Program-made: the position numbers and the translations under genes
In this document: in pieces, positions 17,375-24,915 of the stretch
Layout: every line of letters begins with the position of its first letter
How positions within the stretch are numbered: the stretch's first letter is position 1
Notes under the pieces: generated by a model
Told to the model about the DNA's origin: nothing
The model's database searches: none
Seen by the model: the letters and a program-made list of their open reading frames with translations, nothing else
Assembly: GCA_005877225.1 (NCBI GenBank)
Contig: VBPK01000002.1
Coordinates: 1-36,805, forward strand
Reading direction: 5' to 3'
Source: Nitrososphaerota archaeon
GTDB taxonomy: Archaea > Thermoproteota > Nitrososphaeria > Nitrososphaerales > Gagatemarchaeaceae
Length of the DNA stretch: 36,805 nt

Positions 17375-18262
17375 ATGAAAGAGATTCTTTGCGGGTACGG
17401 TGTGGACATAGATGCTGTGGCTGGTTGGCTCGGTTCATACGGCGGGGAGGACTCTCCGAGCGATATTCAGCGCGGTTTGTTTGCAGGCGAGGTGGGCACT
17501 CCCAGGTTGTTAAAATTGTACGAAAAATACAAGATCAGGACGTCCTGGTTCATTCCAGGTCACTCGATCGAGACGTTCCCGAAGGAGTGCAAGGCGGTCG
17601 CGGAAGCGGGGCACGAAATAGGAGCTCATGGATACTCGCACGAAAACCCCATCGCGCTAACGCGAAAGCAGGAGGAGGACGTCATGGCCAAGTGTGTGTC
17701 TCTCATCAAAGAAGTTGCGGGAAAACCACCTCAGGGATACGTGGCCCCCTGGTGGGAGATGTCATCGGCTACGCCGGAGATACTCTTGAAGTATGGCTTC
17801 AAGTACGACCATAGTGAAGGACACCATGACTTTCTACCATACTACGCTCGTGTTGGCGAGAAGTGGACGAAGATCAACTACTCAAAGCCCGCCTCATACT
17901 GGATGAAACCACTCCAACGAGGGCGAGAGATAGACATCGTCGAGCTCCCGGGGAACTGGTACATGGACGATCTTCCCCCCATGATGTTCATCAAAAAGGC
18001 GCCCAATAGTCACGGCTGGGTCAGCCCTCGCGACATCGAGCAGATGTGGCGCGACCAGTTCGACTGGGTGTACCGTGAGTACGACTACGCGATCTTTCCT
18101 TTCACGATTCATCCCGACGTGAGCGGCCGCCCTCAGGTGTTACTTGTTCACGAGAGAATGATAGAGTACATCAACGGTCATGAGGGAATTCGTTGGGTTA
18201 CGATGTCTGAGATGGCGGAGGACTACAGACGACGTCGTCCGTTCCGAAAAGAACGTAAGTAG
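17375..18262 (+). CDS. Polysaccharide deacetylase (CE4/NodB-homology) family hydrolase, PuuE/PgdA-like architecture
   Basis: Motif-1-like GVDIDA and motif-2 AHGYSHEN, followed by GYVAPWW. Overall order resembles the PuuE allantoinase / HpPgdA subgroup. An alternative TTG start lies at 17366. Confidence 0.75.
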   Translation: MKEILCGYGVDIDAVAGWLGSYGGEDSPSDIQRGLFAGEVGTPRLLKLYEKYKIRTSWFIPGHSIETFPKECKAVAEAGHEIGAHGYSHENPIALTRKQEEDVMAKCVSLIKEVAGKPPQGYVAPWWEMSSATPEILLKYGFKYDHSEGHHDFLPYYARVGEKWTKINYSKPASYWMKPLQRGREIDIVELPGNWYMDDLPPMMFIKKAPNSHGWVSPRDIEQMWRDQFDWVYREYDYAIFPFTIHPDVSGRPQVLLVHERMIEYINGHEGIRWVTMSEMAEDYRRRRPFRKERK

Positions 18263-18390
18263 CTACCTAAGCCTTCGCTCGGCCCCACCCACTCTCGGGC
18301 ACTCGCGCGAGATAGTTCAAGCCAACGAGTCCTGCTATGCCTTGAACTAATCTGCATCTTACCGTGACGTAACCAGGTTACGTAAAGGTT

Positions 18391-18397
18391 CATATAA
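18391..18397 (+). promoter_or_regulatory. TATA-like box (catataa) 22 nt upstream of the TTG start of the binding-protein gene
   Basis: aaaggttCATATAAggggcaaccgttcgatattccgTTG. No Shine-Dalgarno sequence lies between, consistent with a leaderless transcript. Confidence 0.35.
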
Positions 18398-18419
18398 GGG
18401 GCAACCGTTCGATATTCCG

Positions 18420-20183
18420 TTGGTCGATTCTGAAGATATCGACATAGAAAACCTACAATTCTTCAATCGCAAGATTACTCGTCGCCAAGCCATTGCCAAA
18501 GCAACAGCCGCCGGAGCTGCCATTGGAGTTGCAATAGTAGCCGGGGCTGGTGGATACCTTGCGGGGACGTCAGTATCACCGGGCAAGTCGAGCACCACAA
18601 CCGTTACAACCACAGCGACCCAAGCCACGACTTCTGCGGCTGGCTTGGGTGCCACTCCTGCGGAGCGAGCCGTGAACGCCGTGAAGGCACTTAAGGCCGC
18701 AGGCAAGATTCCCGCCGGTGCAAAGATCAGGTTTCTCGAAGCCGCCTTCCGCGCGGGCAACATGACTCCGAAAGCGGGAGACGTGCGGACAGACCCCTAC
18801 ACAGGGAAGACAATACAGACCTCTATCAATATGCTGACGAAATGGGAAGACCTAACGGGGATACCTGTGGAGATCGATCTGCTCAATGACTTGCAGTTAT
18901 ACGACAAAGCTATCTCGGAGGCCACGACGAAGGCTGGAACATGGGACTTCCTGGGGCAGAGGATTGACTTCCTAGTCGACTTCATAAACGCAGGCGTTGC
19001 CCTAGATCTCACTGACTTCGAGACGAAATACCAGCCGGATATTAGAACTGGTAACTGCCAAGTGGTCCCTGTGTTTGCCCAAGGATACTACACCTCCGAT
19101 GGGAAGTACTGGGGATTCCCGGGTTGCGGGGACTGGTTCAGCTACTACAATCGGAGGGACTTGGTCACCAATCCCAAGTTGCAAAGCGCCTTCGAGACTC
19201 AATTCGGCTATCAGCTACCGGTGAATGGACCCGACACGTGGGATCAGGTCCTGGATATGGCCAGGTTCTTCGACGGCTACAAAGGTACGGAACAGACTCT
19301 CCCAGATGGGACGACCTCAACTCTCCGGGGAGCGTACTTCTTCAGGGATACGTGGTTCAGCAACATTGAATTCAGAATTCGCTTCCTCGAACTCGGAGGC
19401 CTTCTCTTCGATAGCAACAAGAACGTAACCCTGGACAACCAGATAACCAGGAAGGCGCTGCAGGACATGAAAGCCCTGGTGGCGTACCAGGCGAGAGACG
19501 CTTTCACATCTTCCTGGCCGACGATGTATCCAAACTATGCAAACAAGCAGGTCTTCCAGACCATCTCATGGGCTTCAGTCGCACAGTTCTCTGCAAGCGG
19601 TCCCGTAGGGGGACAGGGATTTGGCGTATACTTGACCCCGGGTTACAAGGTGGACAACAAGCTGATCCGAGTAACCGTGCTGTACGACCAGACATCCTAC
19701 ATCGTCGAGAAGTACGGGAAACTCACATCGGCAGTCCCCGACGTGCCGTACCTGTTTGGTCAGTGGCTGACCGACCCTGAGATCAGCACCCAAGAACTCG
19801 CGAATCCTGGCGCCATCTCGGACTACTTCAGGACGTGCCACGGAGTAGACGAAAGGATGATAGGGACCTTCTTTGCCGTGTGGCCACCCAATCCTGGTAT
19901 AGAACCCGGACGCCGAGGAGCGTCGGAAGCCTTCGATGTCCAGTTCCAAGCCTTGTGCGGCACCTGGCAGCTCGCCGGACTGCACGAGCTCCAGGACCTG
20001 TGGGGGACCCAGATGAATGCGTACTTCACGGATGTCCAAGACATAGATACAACGGTCAGGAAGATGCAGCAGGGCACGGATGGCGTCATGGACCGGCTCG
20101 GGCGAGATGCACAATATCAGCGATGGCAGTACGTAATGAAGACATTCCCGCCAGCACTCAAAACGCTTCACGGAATCAGTTGA
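18420..20183 (+). CDS. ABC transporter substrate-binding protein (family-1/CUT1-like) with Tat-like motif, membrane anchor and Thr-rich linker
   Basis: 587-aa ORF with a TTG start. N-terminus holds the twin-arginine motif TRRQAIAK, the hydrophobic stretch AAGAAIGVAIVAGAGGYLAG and the linker SSTTTVTTTATQATTSAAG. The remainder is a Trp/Tyr-rich periplasmic-binding-protein-like domain, directly upstream of two permease genes. Confidence 0.8.
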   Translation: MVDSEDIDIENLQFFNRKITRRQAIAKATAAGAAIGVAIVAGAGGYLAGTSVSPGKSSTTTVTTTATQATTSAAGLGATPAERAVNAVKALKAAGKIPAGAKIRFLEAAFRAGNMTPKAGDVRTDPYTGKTIQTSINMLTKWEDLTGIPVEIDLLNDLQLYDKAISEATTKAGTWDFLGQRIDFLVDFINAGVALDLTDFETKYQPDIRTGNCQVVPVFAQGYYTSDGKYWGFPGCGDWFSYYNRRDLVTNPKLQSAFETQFGYQLPVNGPDTWDQVLDMARFFDGYKGTEQTLPDGTTSTLRGAYFFRDTWFSNIEFRIRFLELGGLLFDSNKNVTLDNQITRKALQDMKALVAYQARDAFTSSWPTMYPNYANKQVFQTISWASVAQFSASGPVGGQGFGVYLTPGYKVDNKLIRVTVLYDQTSYIVEKYGKLTSAVPDVPYLFGQWLTDPEISTQELANPGAISDYFRTCHGVDERMIGTFFAVWPPNPGIEPGRRGASEAFDVQFQALCGTWQLAGLHELQDLWGTQMNAYFTDVQDIDTTVRKMQQGTDGVMDRLGRDAQYQRWQYVMKTFPPALKTLHGIS

Positions 20184-20204
20184 AGCACTGAATGAAAAGA
20201 GAGC

Positions 20205-20232
20205 GACTTGTCGCTTTCTTTTCTTCCCGATT
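20205..20232 (+). terminator. Near-perfect 12-bp hairpin with T-rich 3' arm between the binding-protein and permease genes (attenuator/terminator-like)
   Basis: aaaagagagcgac-tt-gtcgctttctttt, one G-U pair, followed by cttcccgatttt. Read directly. Confidence 0.4.
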
Positions 20233-20263
20233 TTGAGGAAGTTGCCGAGAGCTCGGTGTCCAG

Positions 20264-21169
20264 TTGGCTAACAAAGGTCGAACAAGCTGGCTGAGGCGGA
20301 AGTTCGGGTTTAACGTGTTGCTCGTTATGCCCCTTCAAGTGATCCTCAACTTCGTTCTCATCGTCCCATTTGCCCTGGCCATCTACTTGAGCTTGACCGA
20401 CTGGTCACCGATAACCGGACCGTGGTATGCTTCCCCAATAGTGGGAGCGCAGAACTACGTCTCCATACTGACGACGGAAAGGTTCCAGCAGGCGATCGTG
20501 AACACTCTCCTCATAGTGGGCGGCGCGGTCACCTTGGAGTTTGCTGTCGGATTGGTTCTTGCTCTCGCCTTCTTCTCCTGGGATTTTCGCGGCAAGGCGG
20601 TCTTCGCCTCAATCTTCCTCGTCCCTATGATGGTGATACCAGCAATCTCAGGTTTCACATTCCAGACGATTTTCTCTACTCAGGGGGCCATTAACGATGT
20701 GCTCAGCAGGGTCTCTGGAACGGTGGTGGCCGTCGATTGGTTGCACGTTCCGTGGAGCGCTTTATCGGCCGTCATCCTGGCCGACGCCTGGCAGTGGACA
20801 CCATTCATGTTCCTGCTGATGTACGCTGGCATGACGGCATTACCATCCGACCCGATCCGGGCGGCTAGGGTGATGGGCGCCTCCGAAAGGCAAATCTTTC
20901 TGAGGATAATGTTGCCAATGCTAAGACCCATCATAACGATAGCTCTGATAATCAGGAGCCTTGAGGCTTTCAAGATCTTCGATGTGCCATTTATCATGAC
21001 TCAGGGCGGCCCAGGGACCACGACCGAGACGATATCGATATTCCTCTATAAATTTGCGATTCAATTTGCAAGGGTCGCGTGGGCATCCGCCGGTGCGATA
21101 GTGATATTCATCGCCATTGTCATCGTGACTCTCTGGGCATCGAAGCCGCTGCTACCGAAGGCGGAGTGA
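20264..21169 (+). CDS. ABC importer permease, MalF/UgpA-like
   Basis: TTG start, 6 TM segments, EAA loop AARVMGASERQIFLRIMLPMLRP. Confidence 0.85.
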   Translation: MANKGRTSWLRRKFGFNVLLVMPLQVILNFVLIVPFALAIYLSLTDWSPITGPWYASPIVGAQNYVSILTTERFQQAIVNTLLIVGGAVTLEFAVGLVLALAFFSWDFRGKAVFASIFLVPMMVIPAISGFTFQTIFSTQGAINDVLSRVSGTVVAVDWLHVPWSALSAVILADAWQWTPFMFLLMYAGMTALPSDPIRAARVMGASERQIFLRIMLPMLRPIITIALIIRSLEAFKIFDVPFIMTQGGPGTTTETISIFLYKFAIQFARVAWASAGAIVIFIAIVIVTLWASKPLLPKAE

Positions 21170-22032
21170 GAAATTTGAAGGGTAAGAAGTTGATCTACTA
21201 CGCGACGATGCTTGTCGCGGCGCTCTTCGCACTGTTCCCCTTGTTCTGGCTTGTAACTAGTTCCCTGAAGAGCCCCTTCGAATGGTTCGCCCGACCGGTG
21301 GTGTGGATACCGGCACACCCGTCGCTCGACAGCTACGCGGCAATTTTTGGTTTGCCTGCTCCGAGCATAACGGTGGTGGGGGGAGTTCTCGTTCCTTCAT
21401 TCTACGCGTTCAGAAACAGCCTCCTCGCAGCGATCGGCACGACGGTGGCTGCGGTCGCCATAGGTTACATGGGGGCCTACAGCATATCTCGATACAAGAC
21501 TGGCGGCGCAGTGACCTACTTCTTCGTCTTGACCTCCCGCATGCTTCCCCCGGTGGCCGTAGTGATACCCCTGCTGGTTTTCTTTCAGACACTCTCGTTG
21601 GTTGACACCGTGGAAGGATTGGTCCTGATATACCTGGGTGTCAACGTCGCGTTTGTTATATGGATAGTGAGGGGGTTCATCGATGATGTTCCAAAAGAAG
21701 TTGAGGAGGCGGCGGCGTTGGATGGGGTCACCAAATGGTCCATTCCCTTTAGGATAATCCTGCCGTTAGTCAAGGGGGGCCTCGCTGCGTCGGCGCTCTT
21801 TGTCTTCATCTTGAGTTGGACTGAGTTCGGTATCGCCCTGATCTTAACTCAATACAATTCCACCACGATTCCTGTCCAGTTATTCAAGTACGAATTCGGT
21901 GGTGGACCCGCCCTCGGTCCTATGGCAGCACTCAGCACTTTGGCAGTGATACCAGTGATAATCTTGGGATACATTATCCAGAAACAACTGGTAAAAGGAC
22001 TCAGCATGGGTTCAATCAGAGGTAGACGCTGA
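21166..22032 (+). CDS. ABC importer permease, MalG/UgpE-like
   Basis: N-terminal LFPLFWLVTSSLK and EAA loop EEAAALDGVTKWSIPFRIILPLVKGG. GTG 21166 overlaps the upstream stop (GTGA). An alternative TTG at 21175 has GGAG 9 nt upstream. The longer ORF from 21079 is rejected. Confidence 0.85.
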   Translation: MRNLKGKKLIYYATMLVAALFALFPLFWLVTSSLKSPFEWFARPVVWIPAHPSLDSYAAIFGLPAPSITVVGGVLVPSFYAFRNSLLAAIGTTVAAVAIGYMGAYSISRYKTGGAVTYFFVLTSRMLPPVAVVIPLLVFFQTLSLVDTVEGLVLIYLGVNVAFVIWIVRGFIDDVPKEVEEAAALDGVTKWSIPFRIILPLVKGGLAASALFVFILSWTEFGIALILTQYNSTTIPVQLFKYEFGGGPALGPMAALSTLAVIPVIILGYIIQKQLVKGLSMGSIRGRR

Positions 22033-22080
22033 ATGATTGATCTCTAATCTCGATATCTCTTAGGGTCGGCTTCCCAGCCC

Positions 22081-22614
22081 TTACCTCAGACTTCCACGGA
22101 GCCCTTCAATCGAAATTAGGTTGAGCTCGTGATTCGCCGTCCCCCCCTCCGCGAGCCTAATGACGAGTATCTTCTCCAAGAATCCAGGCGCCTTAACCGA
22201 GACAGTGTGCGAGGTAGGAGCCAACCCACCAATCTTAAACGCGCCATCGGGTGCCCGTTCCAATTCTTGTCCATCTACGCTAACGCTGGCAGCGGTGACC
22301 AGCCTATTTTTCTCGTCGAGGAGTCTGATGACAAGCGTTGCAGGAGAAGCTGGTTCGGAAAGTTCCGGGGGTATTGGTTCACCCTCCGCCGCGTAGAGGG
22401 CTACCGCGCTACCTGAGAAGACGGCGGTCCCTTCGATCGCTGTTATCCTTAGAAGCGTTCCTGCCTCGGGAGCATCAACCCGAATTGTCGTCTTTGCGGT
22501 TTCAACCTCGAACATGGCCTCCCCTTTCTGGAACCGCGCGCCTTCCTTCTTCATCCACCTCACGACCGTCCCGTTCCCGCCGATATCGTTCGGGACATGC
22601 ATGGTCTTAACCAA
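22081..22614 (-). CDS. Lipoyl/biotinyl-attachment-like domain fused to a PEGA/carboxypeptidase-regulatory-like beta-sandwich domain; function unknown
   Basis: The N-terminal ~80 aa match the E2 lipoyl-domain pattern (VPNDIGGNGTVVRWMKKEG....GEAMFEVETAKTTIRVDAPEAGTL). A Pro/Glu linker follows (GEPIPPELSEPASP). The C-terminal region VSVDGQEL...GLAPTSHTVSVKAPGF is PEGA-like. Start is TTG 22614 or ATG 22602. Confidence 0.7.
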   Translation of the reverse strand: MVKTMHVPNDIGGNGTVVRWMKKEGARFQKGEAMFEVETAKTTIRVDAPEAGTLLRITAIEGTAVFSGSAVALYAAEGEPIPPELSEPASPATLVIRLLDEKNRLVTAASVSVDGQELERAPDGAFKIGGLAPTSHTVSVKAPGFLEKILVIRLAEGGTANHELNLISIEGLRGSLR

Positions 22615-22667
22615 AGAAATCCCCGCTCACAATCACTCTAGTGGGACGAGTTCATGATTTGTAGAGT

Positions 22668-23771
22668 TCAGACGGGTCGCGTCGCGAGTGCTTGAAGGGT
22701 TTCCTTGTCGAAGAGATGTAGCTTGTTCTTGTCAAACTCCAGCCAGACTTTACCGCCAGGTTTCAGATCGGACCCTCCATGGATCAATGCCTTTACCAGG
22801 TTCTTGCCTAGATGGGCAGACAAGAGCGCCCTGGAACCCATTGGCTCCACGACGTACACGGTTGCCTCCATGCTTTCGTCACTCCGATTATCGAGGTGAA
22901 TCGAGATATTTTCTGGACGAATCCCGAGAGTCAGGTCAGATGGTCCCCCGTCACTGGTGGAGAGCGGCCGCGAATTAGTGACATCCAGGCTAAAGGACTC
23001 CTGAGCGAGTATCGTCCTACCATTCTTGACTTCACACCTGCATTCGATAAAATTCATTCTAGGCGAGCCCATAAAAGAAGCAACGAATTTGTCCTTTGGT
23101 CTCTCATAGATCGCGGACGGGGCGTCGACTTGCCTTATCATCCCTCCATTTAGGATCGCGATTCTCTCACCCATCGAAAAGGCCTCAAGCTGATCATGCG
23201 TTGTGTAGATGATCGTTTGACCGATCTCCCTCACCAGCCGTTTGAGCTCCGACCTCATGTTTGCCCTGATAAGGGCGTCGATGTTGGCCAGAGGTTGATC
23301 AAGCAGGTAAACCTTCGGCCTCCTTACTATTGCTCTTGCCAGCGCCAACCTTTGGAGTTCCCCGCCACTGTAGGTCCTTGGGTACCTGTCGAGGATATGG
23401 TCTATCTTCAATAGACGAGCGACTTCGTTGACCCGCTCAGTGATTTCGTTTTCCGGAACTTTTTTCTGACGAAGTGGAAATGCTATGTTTTTGAAACCAG
23501 TCTTATTTGGGTACAGTGCGAGATTTTCAAACACCATCGCCACGTCCCTATCCTTTGGCTCGAGATCGTTCACCAACTGTTCCCCGATATAGACCTCTCC
23601 TGAGTCGGGGACCTCCAGACCTGCAACGATCCTGAGTATTGTGGTAGCGCCCGCACCGGGAGGCCCAGCAAGGACGAAGAACTCCTTATCTCTCACCTCT
23701 AGGCTAATGTTATCGAGCACCGTCTTTGAGCCGTACCGCTTAGTGATATTCACGAGTCTTATGTTTGCCAA
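22668..23771 (-). CDS. ABC transporter ATP-binding protein, MalK/UgpC-like, with degenerate Walker A, Q-loop and Walker B (predicted non-hydrolytic)
   Basis: TTG start. Walker A GPPGAGAT lacks Lys. Q-loop is FENLALYP, signature YSGGELQR, Walker B LLDQP, and the H-loop TTHD is kept. C-terminal regulatory (TOBE-like) domain starts at FMGSPRMNF. Confidence 0.9.
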   Translation of the reverse strand: MANIRLVNITKRYGSKTVLDNISLEVRDKEFFVLAGPPGAGATTILRIVAGLEVPDSGEVYIGEQLVNDLEPKDRDVAMVFENLALYPNKTGFKNIAFPLRQKKVPENEITERVNEVARLLKIDHILDRYPRTYSGGELQRLALARAIVRRPKVYLLDQPLANIDALIRANMRSELKRLVREIGQTIIYTTHDQLEAFSMGERIAILNGGMIRQVDAPSAIYERPKDKFVASFMGSPRMNFIECRCEVKNGRTILAQESFSLDVTNSRPLSTSDGGPSDLTLGIRPENISIHLDNRSDESMEATVYVVEPMGSRALLSAHLGKNLVKALIHGGSDLKPGGKVWLEFDKNKLHLFDKETLQALATRPV

Positions 23772-23778
23772 AGTTGGG

Positions 23779-23785
23779 TCACCTC
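23779..23785 (-). promoter_or_regulatory. Shine-Dalgarno-like GAGGTGA 7 nt upstream of the TTG start at 23771
   Basis: Minus strand reads TGActGAGGTGAcccaactTTG, which suggests translational coupling of the two ATPase genes. Confidence 0.5.
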
Positions 23786-23787
23786 AG

Positions 23788-24897
23788 TCAAATTATCGCA
23801 GGCTCCTCGCCATTCTTACTGAATACGTGAGCATGATCTTCGTCAAATGTTACCGAGACCTTCTCGTTGACTTCAAAGCTGGACGTGGCGGGTACGGTGG
23901 CCTTCAGCATTAGGCCATCCACCTGGACGGAGACGATGTTCTCGTACCCGAGGGGTTCCGTCATAAAAACACTCCCACTCAGGTGCGACCCCCTGGGCTG
24001 AGTGGGGAGGTCGGAAAGACTAGTCACGTTCAGGTGCTCTGGCCGGATGCCTAAAACTAGTTCAGGGCTGTTTGCGAATTCAGTCAGCCTGTCCCGACCG
24101 CTCGTTAGATCCAGAGTAAATCTTTCATTTACAAGATACGCTCGTTCATCGCTGAGCTTCAGGCTGCAGTCGATGAAGTTCATCGACGGGCTACCGATGA
24201 AGTTTGCTACAAACTTGTTCTCGGGATGATTGTAGACAGTTTCAGGAGTGTCGTACTGTTGCAGTCTGCCGGCGCTCATGACGGCAATTCTGTCAGATAA
24301 TGTCAATGCCTCCAGCTGATCGTGAGTCACGAATATCGTTGTCTGCTCAACCTCCTTCTGAAGTCTCTTCAATTCTGTCCTCATTACATTTCTTGATTCA
24401 GCATCAAGGTTGCTCAGAGGTTCATCAAGGAGGAGGACCTTTGGCCGAATGATCAGGGTTCTTCCGATGGCGGTCTTTTGCATGTTTGTAAGAGAAAGCT
24501 TGCCAGCCTTCTCGTGAAGCACCTCCTTAATATCGAGAAATTCCGCCATTCGTTCGACCTCCCTCTTTATTTCCAGTTGTGGGGTGCCCCTGATCTTCAG
24601 CCCAAAGGCGAGATTGTCGAACGTGGTCATGTGCGTGAAGATGGCGTAGCTCTGAAAGACGAGACCTATCCCTCTGTCTTTTGAAGGTATGTCATTGATC
24701 CGCTGGTCGTCAAAGAAGATGTCGCCCGTGGTGGGTGTCTCGAGCCCCGAGAGACAGTTCAGCGTCGTTGTTTTCCCACATCCTGAAGGACCCAGGAGAC
24801 TGACAAATTCCTTGTCCTTGACATCTAGGTCTAGGTTCTGCACAGCAGTCAGTTTTCCGAATTGCTTGGTAAGACCCTTTATGATGACTTTCGTCAT
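23788..24897 (-). CDS. ABC transporter ATP-binding protein, MalK/UgpC-like, consensus catalytic motifs but degenerate ABC signature
   Basis: Walker A GPSGCGKT, Q-loop VFQSYAIF, Walker B LLLDEP and H-loop FVTHD are consensus. The signature position reads LSLTNMQK instead of LSGGQRQR. C-terminal domain starts at FIGSPSMNF. Confidence 0.9.
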   Translation of the reverse strand: MTKVIIKGLTKQFGKLTAVQNLDLDVKDKEFVSLLGPSGCGKTTTLNCLSGLETPTTGDIFFDDQRINDIPSKDRGIGLVFQSYAIFTHMTTFDNLAFGLKIRGTPQLEIKREVERMAEFLDIKEVLHEKAGKLSLTNMQKTAIGRTLIIRPKVLLLDEPLSNLDAESRNVMRTELKRLQKEVEQTTIFVTHDQLEALTLSDRIAVMSAGRLQQYDTPETVYNHPENKFVANFIGSPSMNFIDCSLKLSDERAYLVNERFTLDLTSGRDRLTEFANSPELVLGIRPEHLNVTSLSDLPTQPRGSHLSGSVFMTEPLGYENIVSVQVDGLMLKATVPATSSFEVNEKVSVTFDEDHAHVFSKNGEEPAII

Positions 24898-24915
24898 TAC
24901 CGAGTAATCAACCGT

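Noticed and set aside
21079-21165. N-terminal extensions of track ORFs (21079 for the MalG-like permease; also 408..452, 9976..10005, 11237..11287, 33455..33499)
   Set aside because: The extensions overlap upstream genes or promoter-like elements. They have no counterpart in the respective protein families, and better-placed internal starts exist.
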